Below are positions 55,597-64,000 of a stretch of 64,000 nt of DNA, piece after piece. Numbering within the stretch: position 1 is the first letter of the stretch; each line of letters opens with the position of its first letter. Source of the DNA: Bacteroidia bacterium (GTDB lineage Bacteria; Bacteroidota; Bacteroidia; AKYH767-A; OLB10); the NCBI GenBank assembly GCA_039931675.1, contig JBDTRM010000170.1, positions 2,374 to 66,373 of the forward strand. The letters run 5' to 3'. The position numbers and the translations under genes are program-made. A model generated the notes under the pieces. The model saw nothing but the letters and a program-made list of their open reading frames with translations, searched no databases and had not been told where the DNA came from.

Positions 55597-58566
55597 TTAG
55601 AATTTTTTTTCTTGCGCAATTTCCTTCTCCACCAAATCTTCTCTTGTCAAATTATCCAACCGATACATCTCCATCAAATCAATACTGTAAAAGTCAAACT
55701 CTTCGGCAACTTTGCCGATGATGCGATAACAACCTCTACCACGAATTGGAAACTGCGCAGCAATTTTAGGGAAGTGCGTGGTATCGAAAAATTTTCCTTT
55801 CTCATCTAACCATGTTCCGAAAAACATTGCTTCACCATGTTTTGTACTTGCTGATTTTGTGGTAACAAGATAGCCGGTAATTTCTATCACATCACCTTTG
55901 TGTTTCTTTAAATCGTCTGCAAAAAAATTAATCGGAGTTTTTTCTTTGATGAGTTGAAACGGATTGCAAAGCGGGAAACCTAATATTTCCAATTCATCCA
56001 ACGCATCGTCCAATTGATGATGATATAAAGTTGGGAGCACAAAATTTCTTCTTTCGGTTTCAAACAATTCATTTCGTGCAACCGTTTTTTTCTCTGCTCC
56101 AATTATAGTATGAATATCCCACAGCAATTGTTTTTTTGTTCTTCCTGTAAAACGAAATGAACCTATGCGAATGAGGATACGCAACTGCTCCACAGCAATT
56201 GAAACACGTTTCATAAAATTTTCGAGAGAAGTAAAATTTCCATTGCGATTACGTTCATTCAAAATTTCTCCAACAACATTTCCTTCCAATTCACCAACAA
56301 GATGAAACCCGAGAAAAATATTGTCATCGTAAATTGTTGTGAGCTGATTGCTTCTGTTAATATCGGGAGCATTAATTTTTCCTCCACACATTCGTGCCTC
56401 ATGAACATAGAATTGCACACCGAAAAACCCTCCACCATTATTAATAACCGCTGTCATAAATTCAAGCGGGTAATATGTTTTTAAAAACATGCACTGGTAA
56501 CTTTCCACTGCATAGGAAGCTGAGTGACCTTTACTGAATGCATATCCTGCAAAGCTTTCAATTTGCCGCCAAACTTCTTTTGTAATTTCATCGGGATAAC
56601 CTTCGGCTTTACAATTGGACAAAAATTTATCTTCTACTTTTTTAAACTCTTCTCTGCCACGATATTTGCCACTCATACCTCTGCGAAGCATATCGGCTTC
56701 TGTAAGCGTAAGTTTTGCAAAGTGGTGCGCCACTTTAATTACATCTTCCTGGTAAACCATTACTCCAAAAGTTTCTTCCATTAATTCTTTCATCAACGGA
56801 TGAATATATTGCCTTCGCGATTCATCGTGAAAACGTAAAATGTATTCGCGCATCATACCTGATGATGCAACACCCGGGCGAATGATAGAACTTGCTGCAA
56901 CCAAATCAAGATATGTTTTCGCTTTCAACTTTGTCAGCAACATTCTCATGCCAGGCGACTCTACATAAAAGCATCCCATAAGATTTGCTTCAGTCAGATT
57001 TTTACGAATGCCCTCATCTTCTTTAAAACGTTTTATATTGTGAATGTCAATTTCAACATTTTTATTTTGCTTAATGATTTCAACTGCATCTTTTATTTTT
57101 CCCAATCCACGCTGTGCAAGAATATCAAACTTATAAAGCCCCAGGTCTTCGGCTTCTAACATGCTGAATTGCGTAAGTGGAAAATCTTTTGGTGGCATAT
57201 TGGTTGCCGTATAATAGTAAATTGGTTTTTCTGAAATTAAAATCCCTCCCGCATGTATGCTCAGGTGACTTGGGAAATCATTAATACGATTTGCATACCT
57301 GAAAATGAGTTTCGAAATATGGTCAGAAGTTTTAGGCGATTTTCGGTTTTCGACCAGCAAGTCAATCTCTGCGGCAGGCAAACCAAAAACTTTTCCCAAT
57401 TCGCGAATCACTGCGCGTGATTGAAACGTGCTATAAGTTGCCAGCAAGGCAGTGTGTGCTGTTCCATAAGTCTTAAAAATGTGTTTGATTATTTCATTGC
57501 GTTCGTTCGAATTAAAATCAATGTCAAAATCAGGCGGGCTTGTTCGTGATGCATTGATAAACCGTTCGAAATACAAATCCAGGTCAATAGGGTCCACATC
57601 AGTTATTCGCAACAAATAAGCTACCAGGCTGTTTGCACCACTCCCACGACCTACATAAAAAAACCCTCTCTGCTGCGCATAGTTTACAATATCATGATTG
57701 ATTAAAAAGTAAGAAGAAAAATTTAATTCCGAGATAAGTTTTATTTCTTTTTCAAATCGCTCAATGATGGTATCGTCAGCATAGGGATAACGATACTTCA
57801 TTCCGTCATTACATAAACTCAGCAGCTTGTGGTAATCCTGCTTAGCAGTTCCTGTAAAGTATTTTTTGTTTTTGTTGACACCGAATTCAAAATCAATTTC
57901 ACATTCATCCAATATTTTTTTAGTGTTGCGAATGAGTTGCGGATATTCGTTGTAAATATTTTCCAATTCATTTTCAGTAAGCATTATTTCATCAGGTTGT
58001 GCTTGTTCACTTTTATTCAACTTACTCAACAGCGTATTATTATCAATTGCACGTAAGAGACGGTGTATATTGAAATCAATGTCATTTCTGAGAGTAACAG
58101 GAGAAAGCACAACAAGTTTTTCAGGATAATTTTTCCATTCTGAAAAACGGAGTTTATTAAAGTCAGAACTTTTAACTCCCATGAACTCATTGTTTTTCAG
58201 CAGGCGATATTTCTGATTAAATGGATAAATCAAAAAGGCATTTTCAAATTCAGGAATTCCATCTGGAATAATTGCTTCACCGGTTAAAAGACATAGTGTT
58301 AGAAATTTGTTCAGTTCATAAAAGCCTTCATTATTTTTAGCTATGCCGATAAATTTTTGTTCAGCACCGTTTCTGAAATCAATTCCAACAACAGGTTTTA
58401 TGTTTGCTTTTTTCGAAAGGCGAACAAAATCCAAAACTCCTGATGTATTATTTATGTCAGTCAATGCAAAGCATGAGATGTCTTTCTTCAAAGCTTCATG
58501 CAGCAGTTCCCCGGGACTCATGGTTCCGTATTTTAAACTATAATATGAATGACAATTTAAATGCAT
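55597..58566 (-). CDS. dnaE2: DNA polymerase III alpha-subunit family, short (989 aa) DnaE2-like error-prone type
   Basis: The PHP N-terminus is 'MHLNCHSYYSLKYGTMSP'. Polymerase core blocks include 'PDFDIDF', 'VHAGGILIS' and 'FAGYAFSKGHSASYA'. It is much shorter than replicative Bacteroidota DnaE as I recall it. The subtype call is inference. Confidence 0.7.
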   Translation of the reverse strand: MHLNCHSYYSLKYGTMSPGELLHEALKKDISCFALTDINNTSGVLDFVRLSKKANIKPVVGIDFRNGAEQKFIGIAKNNEGFYELNKFLTLCLLTGEAIIPDGIPEFENAFLIYPFNQKYRLLKNNEFMGVKSSDFNKLRFSEWKNYPEKLVVLSPVTLRNDIDFNIHRLLRAIDNNTLLSKLNKSEQAQPDEIMLTENELENIYNEYPQLIRNTKKILDECEIDFEFGVNKNKKYFTGTAKQDYHKLLSLCNDGMKYRYPYADDTIIERFEKEIKLISELNFSSYFLINHDIVNYAQQRGFFYVGRGSGANSLVAYLLRITDVDPIDLDLYFERFINASRTSPPDFDIDFNSNERNEIIKHIFKTYGTAHTALLATYSTFQSRAVIRELGKVFGLPAAEIDLLVENRKSPKTSDHISKLIFRYANRINDFPSHLSIHAGGILISEKPIYYYTATNMPPKDFPLTQFSMLEAEDLGLYKFDILAQRGLGKIKDAVEIIKQNKNVEIDIHNIKRFKEDEGIRKNLTEANLMGCFYVESPGMRMLLTKLKAKTYLDLVAASSIIRPGVASSGMMREYILRFHDESRRQYIHPLMKELMEETFGVMVYQEDVIKVAHHFAKLTLTEADMLRRGMSGKYRGREEFKKVEDKFLSNCKAEGYPDEITKEVWRQIESFAGYAFSKGHSASYAVESYQCMFLKTYYPLEFMTAVINNGGGFFGVQFYVHEARMCGGKINAPDINRSNQLTTIYDDNIFLGFHLVGELEGNVVGEILNERNRNGNFTSLENFMKRVSIAVEQLRILIRIGSFRFTGRTKKQLLWDIHTIIGAEKKTVARNELFETERRNFVLPTLYHHQLDDALDELEILGFPLCNPFQLIKEKTPINFFADDLKKHKGDVIEITGYLVTTKSASTKHGEAMFFGTWLDEKGKFFDTTHFPKIAAQFPIRGRGCYRIIGKVAEEFDFYSIDLMEMYRLDNLTREDLVEKEIAQEKKF

Positions 58567-58639
58567 GTGATGTTTTTTCCCGTTTTATAAAATTACTCAA
58601 CATAGTAAATTTCAAGACAAAGATTAGAAACTTTGTGTT

Positions 58640-58975
58640 ATGGAAAGGACAGCCATTCATGTTATTTTACCTCATACGGAGTACGATTCATTGATAGAGA
58701 TGATAATGAAGTTGGAAAAACGAGTTGCAGAATTAAAATCTCAGATGAATAAAAACAAGCAAGGCGTACAACCCTGACACAAGGGAAGCACCTTAAAAAT
58801 GGTTGACCATCCTGATGAATTCATTGCACATAAAGTACAAGGCGAATGTGATTGCGAGCAAATCTGGAAGAGCAAAAACTAATAAACATACTTCGCAGAC
58901 AGGAATTTGAGTTGCCACCAAAACTCACCGAAGTAACAGAGCATTGTATAGAGGTAAGGCAATAGCAGTGAGAAG
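58640..58975 (+). mobile_element. degenerate relic of an IS66-family transposase N-terminus (multiple stops, DDE domain absent)
   Basis: 'LEKRVAELKSQMNKN', then 'HKGSTLKMVDHPDEFIAHKVQGECDCEQ', then 'RRQEFELPPKLTEVTEH' follow the IS66 TnpC pattern (coiled coil, GH.G.tL...PD....C.CG, RQ..d.P...V.EH). They are interrupted by stops and frame changes. Confidence 0.5.
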
Positions 58976-59119
58976 AAAAAAAAAATTCAAAATAAAAAAA
59001 AAGATTCAGAATTCTCCAAAATTCAAAGACATGTTTTCAAACGGACGTCATGCTCCCCTCCACGTGTCATTCAGGAGGAAACTTTTTTATCTTTAGTAGG
59101 ATTTTCTTGTGTATCCAAT

Positions 59120-59227
59120 CGTCATTGCGAGGAACGAAGCAATCTGTTGAAGATTAGCACATTTTATATTTGAGCAGTTGTTCACTTGAAGAGATTGCTT
59201 CGGAAGCTACGCAACCTCGCAATGACG
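59120..59227. repeat. REP/MITE-like long imperfect hairpin (arms CGTCATTGCGAGG..GAAGCAATCT / AGATTGCTTC..CCTCGCAATGACG)
   Basis: Both arm pairs were verified as exact reverse complements: 59120-59132 with 59215-59227, and 59136-59145 with 59192-59201. Confidence 0.7.
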
Positions 59228-59265
59228 AACACCCACCTTCACTTTCCCCTTCCCCTTCACTCCCT

Positions 59266-61098
59266 CTAATTCAACTTATCCCCTCTCAATGCCCTGAATC
59301 TTTTTCGTGCATCAACTGCATACAAGCTGCCAGGATATTTTTGCAAAAGCGTTTCGTATAACTCCATGGCTTTGTCTTTTTGGTTCAAACGATTTTCCTG
59401 CAAATCGGCTAAGCGGAATAAGGCATCATCAGCTAAAATATCTTCGGGATAATTTGCAACCACATCAGCATAATAAATTACTGCTGAATCTAATTTGCCA
59501 ATGCGCGTATAAATTTCCGCTTTCTTAAACCACACTTCATCAGTCAATGAATGACAAGGAAATCCTTTCAATACACTATCTAAAGTTGCAAGCGCTTCGC
59601 TGTGCTGATTTTGAAATTCAAGCAAATCAGCTTTTGAATAAATCAATAACGGAGCAGTATTCGAATCTGTATCAAAGCCTGAATTATCCTGTATCAGCAA
59701 AGCAAGACTCATAGCATCATTTGAAATTAATTGTGTGGTTGCAGCTTTCAATACATTAAGTTGTGCAGATGCCCATTCAAATTCTCCTTCATAATAATAA
59801 GAACGTGCTGTGCGGAATTTAGCCTCACGACCAATTTCATCATGTTTAAAATCTTTATCCACTTGTCCGTAATACAAAAGCGCATCCCACACTTCGTTTT
59901 TCAAAACCAAAATATCTCCCAACTCCAATTTACATTCAGCCTGGAATAATGGCGTTATGCGTGGCATTGCAATTACTTCTTCAAGCATGGTACTTGCACC
60001 GTCAACATCATTCATATAAAATGCTTTCAGGTGAGCGTATTCTTTCAACAGCGGTGCTGTGCTTATATTTTTTCCTAACTCAGTAATTGCATTTTGATAA
60101 TCGCTGTCTAATTTTTTCAAATCAACTTCGGTATAATTGCTTTGCGTGGTGATGCGTTTATTCAAAGCGTTAATCATTTCAATACGCGCTGTGGTATAAT
60201 TCGGATTGTCTTTTCCCTTATCCATTATATATTGAAAACAATCTTCGGCAGTTTTATAATCCTGGTTGCTCGCGCAGGTGCGACCGAGCGATAACAACCT
60301 GTCGCCTTGTTCACCCAAACGTTTATCCAATGCTTTGGCTTGAATAGATGCACTCTCAAAATCTTTTTGTTGAAGGAATAACCAATAGAGCAATTCATTG
60401 TATTCAATGCGACCTGTGTTTTTCTGAATTCTACGCAACAGCGATGTGCGAAAAATATCACCAAGCGAACCTGTGTAATCGAGTGAAATTTTATTTTGAA
60501 GAATAGATTGCAAACTTGGAATGTACTGCGGTGCTATTTCAACAATATCCAAATACTCATCAGCCATGCGCTGCAAATCAGATTTTTGTGCATACGCTTC
60601 AGCCAATTCAAAACTAAAAGGATAAGTGCCCCGCATCATTTCGCGACCTTGCATGTAAGTTGCTATTGCCAAATCAACATTACCGTGGTCAATAAACTCA
60701 TTTGCTAAATTGTTGTATTGATTCACATCAGGGCGGAGAGATTTTATTGCTTTCTGATATTGTTCATTGGCTTTTGGCTGGTCGCCTTTCAACTCATATA
60801 AGTAACCGAGGTCAACCATGATTGGTGCAACATCAGGTGTTTTCTTCATGTGCTTCTTAATCATCTTTTCCGCCCTGTCATAATCTTTCATTGCGAGGAT
60901 ACACTTGAGATAATCAGGGTAAGTGCCCATCGGGTCGAAGTCGTAATTCTTTTCAAAATAGACGATTGCCTTATCAAACTCGCCCGAATTAAAATACTGC
61001 TGCGCTAATTGATAATTATTATTGCCCGGCTGTGCTTGCGCGAGAAATGTAATTTGAAAAAGGAGAATAGAGACGAATATTATTTTTATGATTTTCAT
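59266..61098 (-). CDS. TPR-repeat protein with signal peptide
   Basis: 610 aa with a hydrophobic N-terminus. Multiple 34-aa TPR-like units (for example 'YQLAQQYFNSGEFDKAIVYFEKNY'). Confidence 0.7.
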   Translation of the reverse strand: MKIIKIIFVSILLFQITFLAQAQPGNNNYQLAQQYFNSGEFDKAIVYFEKNYDFDPMGTYPDYLKCILAMKDYDRAEKMIKKHMKKTPDVAPIMVDLGYLYELKGDQPKANEQYQKAIKSLRPDVNQYNNLANEFIDHGNVDLAIATYMQGREMMRGTYPFSFELAEAYAQKSDLQRMADEYLDIVEIAPQYIPSLQSILQNKISLDYTGSLGDIFRTSLLRRIQKNTGRIEYNELLYWLFLQQKDFESASIQAKALDKRLGEQGDRLLSLGRTCASNQDYKTAEDCFQYIMDKGKDNPNYTTARIEMINALNKRITTQSNYTEVDLKKLDSDYQNAITELGKNISTAPLLKEYAHLKAFYMNDVDGASTMLEEVIAMPRITPLFQAECKLELGDILVLKNEVWDALLYYGQVDKDFKHDEIGREAKFRTARSYYYEGEFEWASAQLNVLKAATTQLISNDAMSLALLIQDNSGFDTDSNTAPLLIYSKADLLEFQNQHSEALATLDSVLKGFPCHSLTDEVWFKKAEIYTRIGKLDSAVIYYADVVANYPEDILADDALFRLADLQENRLNQKDKAMELYETLLQKYPGSLYAVDARKRFRALRGDKLN

Positions 61099-61189
61099 TT
61101 GGAGAGAACGTTATGAGTTAGAAATTTATTTGATGAAAGGAATATCTAACTATTTATATTTATATGCTTAGAAAAAGTAAATGTTTCAT

Positions 61190-61423
61190 TTATAAAGAAA
61201 CTAATTCTCGTTTAAAAAATTTGGCTTTTGAATTCCGCAATAATTTTCGTGTTTCATTTTTGTAATAATCCAAAACCATTTGTAGCGCTTCAACAAGGTT
61301 GCTCTTTGTTTCCTTAACAGTTGCTCCTTGAGAAATTGCGCCAGGAACTTCTTCAATATAACCTGTATAAGAACCATCGCTTGCTTTAACAATTATGGCA
61401 GTGTAATTTGATTTTATTTTCAT
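61190..61423 (-). CDS. hicB: HicB-like antitoxin (UPF0150), no adjacent HicA
   Basis: 'YTAIIVKASDGSYTGYIEEVPGAISQGATVKETKSNLVEALQMVLDY' matches the HicB-like pattern (...y.a.vP.lPG..tqG.T.eE...nl.eAl...l). Confidence 0.7.
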   Translation of the reverse strand: MKIKSNYTAIIVKASDGSYTGYIEEVPGAISQGATVKETKSNLVEALQMVLDYYKNETRKLLRNSKAKFFKRELVSL

Positions 61424-61490
61424 TGTTTATGTTTTTACAAATCTAATCAATGCTTTTTGTTGTTGATGTTAATTTTTGCTGAATAAAATG

Positions 61491-61799
61491 CTATGAACGC
61501 AAAAGTCTTAAATCCAAATCATCGGGGTTTCTTCTGCTATCCCAAACAGCAAGTATTTCTATGGTCATATCTGTAACAAAATAAATTATCAAATAAACAT
61601 TTGCAACAAGAAAACGATTTTCACTGTTGCCAAATTTTCTTCCTGATAAAGGGAAACGCAGGATAGTTTCAATTGTTTTATTAAACTTTCTATCAAGCTT
61701 CGATGAATAGCGATTGTTACCAATTCTTGCATTCCAATATTCAAAAATCAAGAAGCAGTCCATAATTGCAGAGTTTGACCAAACTATTTCTTTAACCAT
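61491..61799 (-). CDS. type II toxin, RelE/ParE family
   Basis: 102 aa, 'IVWSNSAIMDCFLIFEYW...RFPLSGRKF.....RFLVANVYLIIYFVTDMTIEILAVWDSRRNP'. It overlaps the upstream antitoxin by 16 nt. Confidence 0.75.
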   Translation of the reverse strand: MVKEIVWSNSAIMDCFLIFEYWNARIGNNRYSSKLDRKFNKTIETILRFPLSGRKFGNSENRFLVANVYLIIYFVTDMTIEILAVWDSRRNPDDLDLRLLRS

Positions 61800-62020
61800 T
61801 CCGTCATCATTTTTTTGACCTCATCGTTGGTGTGGAACTCACCATTTTTTATCTGCTCTCTGGACCTTTTCAGATGTTCAATTTGTTTATCTGTTAGGTG
61901 CGGAGCAGGTTTTGCCAAATATTTTTCATTAATAAGTGATTGGATAGTTTCTAAAAAATCCAAATCATCAATATTTTCAATCCCTTCGTGAATGATTGAT
62001 TTTATTTCTTCTGTGCTCAT
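61784..62020 (-). CDS. addiction-module antitoxin (putative, Unstab_antitox-like)
   Basis: 78 aa, 'MSTEEIKSIIHEGIENIDDLDFLE...LTDKQIEHLKRSREQIKNGEFHTNDEV'. It is coupled to the ParE-like toxin. Confidence 0.65.
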   Translation of the reverse strand: MSTEEIKSIIHEGIENIDDLDFLETIQSLINEKYLAKPAPHLTDKQIEHLKRSREQIKNGEFHTNDEVKKMMTEWLKK

Positions 62021-62067
62021 TGCGCTTGATTTTAATATAAAAAAAATACTCTTTAATTAAAATGGAA

Positions 62068-62341
62068 TCACCATGTCCATTCCTCATCACCTTCTTTCGA
62101 TAAATCAGGGCTTAACCATTCTGCCATTTCTTTTTCAAACTCCTCGTTAGTTAAAAACTCTCCACGTTCAATTTCTTTTTGTTGCCTCATCAATTTCTTC
62201 AGATTGCTTCGTAGTAAGTTTTATTGGCGCGAGGTCATTACTCTTCTCTTCAAATAAAAATTGAAGGTCTTGGAGAAATTCACGGTCATCGGTATTTTCA
62301 ATTTCTTTGATTAGTACGGATTTTATTTCTGCTGTGCTCAT
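62068..62341 (-). pseudogene. frameshifted third copy of the antitoxin gene, without a toxin partner
   Basis: 'MSTAEIKSVLIKEIENTDDREFLQDL...LTTKQSEEIDEATKRN*' continues in another frame as 'RQQKEIERGEFLTNEEFEKEMAEWLS...'. The frame break lies near 62185-62195. Confidence 0.6.
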
Positions 62342-62433
62342 ATTACCTGATTTTTATATATAACAAAGTTACGAAAAATCATTTCTGATCAGTTTATCAT
62401 CCCGAACCCGTATAAAATCTCTTTTTGTTTCTT

Positions 62434-62736
62434 CTACCCTAATCTTGACGCAAGTTCATCTGGATTTCTACGGCTATCCCAAATGTTAATGATTTCAATG
62501 TTATTTCCAACAATCCTGTAAAATATCATGTAAGCGCCACTAACAACATAACGAATGTCTTTGCCTTCAAATCTTTTTCCTTTTAACGGAAACCTTCCTA
62601 TTAAACTTGCCGAAGCCCTCAATTGGCGATAAAGTTTTGAAGAATAATTTTTACTCCTATTTCTAAAATTAAAATATTCAAGAATTTCGAATAAATCAAT
62701 GGTTGCGTCTTTTGACCAAATTACTTTTTTAGCCAT
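62434..62736 (-). CDS. type II toxin, RelE/ParE family (paralogue of 61491-61799)
   Basis: 100 aa, 'VIWSKDATIDLFEILEYF...RFPLKGKRF...RYVVSGAYMIFYRIVGNNIEIINIWDSRRNP'. It overlaps its antitoxin by 16 nt. Confidence 0.75.
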   Translation of the reverse strand: MAKKVIWSKDATIDLFEILEYFNFRNRSKNYSSKLYRQLRASASLIGRFPLKGKRFEGKDIRYVVSGAYMIFYRIVGNNIEIINIWDSRRNPDELASRLG

Positions 62737-62957
62737 TCACTTACCATTTTTTCAACTTCTTCATTGGTAAAAAATTCACCTCTTTCAATTCCCTGAATTG
62801 ATTTTTCAATTCGCCTTTCTTGTTCTGGAGTTAGTTTTAAAGGTGCGCTTTCAGTGTCTTCCTCGGTGATAAGATTATTTAAAAATTCCAAAAATTCTTT
62901 ATCATCAATATTGTCAATATTCTCTTTGAGCAATACTTTTATTTCTTGTGTACTCAT
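62721..62957 (-). CDS. addiction-module antitoxin (paralogue of 61784-62020)
   Basis: 78 aa, 'MSTQEIKVLLKENIDNIDDKEFLE...LTPEQERRIEKSIQGIERGEFFTNEEV'. Confidence 0.65.
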   Translation of the reverse strand: MSTQEIKVLLKENIDNIDDKEFLEFLNNLITEEDTESAPLKLTPEQERRIEKSIQGIERGEFFTNEEVEKMVSEWLKK

Positions 62958-62995
62958 AAAATTTAATTTTTATTCATAACCAAAGTTACTAAAAA

Positions 62996-64000
62996 TCAAC
63001 TGATCATCTCAAACCCAGTATAAGGCACTAAAACCTTTGGAATGAGGATACCTTCGGGTGTCTGATTGTTTTCGAGCAAGGCTGCAACTATGCGCGGCAA
63101 AGCCAATGCGCTGCCATTAAGTGTGTGGACATATTTCATTGCACCTTCTTCTTTCATTCGGCAGTTTAAACGAATTGCCTGGAAAGATTGAAAATTGGAA
63201 ACTGAACTTACTTCTAACCAACGCTTTTGTGCTGCTGAATAAACTTCCATATCGTAAGTCATTGATGAAGCAAAACTCATATCACCTCCGCATAATAATA
63301 AAGTACGGAATGGCAATTCTAACTCCTGCAATAAACCTGCAACATAGTGTCGCATTTCTTCCAGCGTTTCCCACGATTTATCGGGATGCTGCAATTGCAC
63401 AATTTCAACTTTATCAAACTGATGTAAACGGTTTAAACCGCGCACATCTTTACCATACGAGCCTGCTTCTCTGCGAAAGCACGGTGTGTATGCAGTCATC
63501 TTTATCGGCAACTCTTCGGGTTTCACAATTACTTCCCGATAAATATTGGTAACTGGAACTTCAGCGGTTGGGATGAGATAATATTTATCTTCTGTAACAT
63601 AATACATCTGCCCTTCTTTATCAGGCAATTGTCCTGTTCCAAAGCCAGAATCTTCATTAATTAAAATGGGCGGCTGCATTTCTATGTAACCTGCTGCTGT
63701 TGCTCTGTCTAAAAAGAAATTAATCAATGCACGTTGCAATCGCGCACATTTATTTTTATAAACAGGAAATCCTGCGCCTGTAATTTTTACTCCTAACTCA
63801 AAATCTATTAAATCATATTTGCTTGCCAAATCCCAATGGGGAAGAGCAGTTGCGGGCAATTCTGGCAAATCAGTATGATTTTTATAAACCACTAAATTAT
63901 CTTCAGGAGTTTTGCCGAGGGGAACTTTTTCAGAAGGAATATTTGGAATTTTTACAATCAATTCACGAATATCGGTTTCAATCTGAGCCAGTTTTTCATC
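62996..64000 (-). CDS. serS: serine--tRNA ligase; N-terminus lies beyond the window end
   Basis: Class II aaRS blocks 'TPCFRREAGSYGKDVRGLNRLHQFDKVE' and 'LNGSALALPRIVAALLENNQ'. The frame stays open to base 64000 ('...DEKLAQIETDIRELIVKIPN'). Confidence 0.9.
   Translation of the reverse strand, partial: DEKLAQIETDIRELIVKIPNIPSEKVPLGKTPEDNLVVYKNHTDLPELPATALPHWDLASKYDLIDFELGVKITGAGFPVYKNKCARLQRALINFFLDRATAAGYIEMQPPILINEDSGFGTGQLPDKEGQMYYVTEDKYYLIPTAEVPVTNIYREVIVKPEELPIKMTAYTPCFRREAGSYGKDVRGLNRLHQFDKVEIVQLQHPDKSWETLEEMRHYVAGLLQELELPFRTLLLCGGDMSFASSMTYDMEVYSAAQKRWLEVSSVSNFQSFQAIRLNCRMKEEGAMKYVHTLNGSALALPRIVAALLENNQTPEGILIPKVLVPYTGFEMIS

Noticed and set aside
59170-59528. Two + strand ORFs (59170-59361 and 59307-59528) near the end of the TPR gene.
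   Set aside because: They overlap the REP-like element and run antisense to the TPR protein gene. They have no start context or homology.
62185-62200. The word 'agattgcttcg' in the decayed antitoxin gene matches an arm of the REP-like hairpin at 59192-59201.
   Set aside because: It is only a 10-11-nt match with no partner arm nearby, which is compatible with chance. It is not enough to claim a REP insertion caused the frameshift.
63121-63552. 143-aa + strand ORF inside serS.
   Set aside because: It is antisense to an unambiguous class II aminoacyl-tRNA synthetase coding region.

Overview
This is a Bacteroidota-type chromosomal segment. The evidence is many Por/T9SS C-terminal sorting domains, TAnnTTTG -7 promoter boxes, A-rich leaders without Shine-Dalgarno sequences, and AT-rich DNA. 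It alternates housekeeping blocks with accessory, surface-protein blocks.

Housekeeping genes:
- tRNA-Gln, rplM-rpsI-rpsB-tsf, pyrH and frr (2.7-7.0 kb)
- heme O synthase and cytochrome oxidase subunit III (24.6-26.2 kb)
- an acyl-CoA carboxyltransferase (50.7-52.2 kb)
- recO and a DnaE2-like polymerase (54.8-58.6 kb)
- serS, running off the 3' edge of the window

Accessory content:
- A 12.5-kb gene for a 4182-aa repeat adhesin (7.4-20.0 kb).
- A patch of T9SS cargo genes at 20-37 kb. It holds a C10 cysteine peptidase and paralogous tail-fibre-like proteins with a peptidase-S74 chaperone domain placed ahead of the T9SS sorting domain.
- A stand-alone LRR-Roc-COR (ROCO) protein with a C-terminal TIR-like/DUF4062-like module (37.2-40.6 kb). 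I consider this the best candidate for an undescribed conflict or defence function.
- A parDE module.
- An operon of one LuxR-type response regulator plus three tandem TPR histidine-kinase paralogues. One kinase is frameshifted, and another carries an in-frame GC-rich hairpin insertion in the ATP lid.
- A Fic protein.
- An IS66 relic and REP-like hairpins.
- A small toxin-antitoxin array next to serS.

I saw no rRNA, CRISPR array, integrase or intact IS. All functional calls rest on motif recognition by eye; no database search was run.
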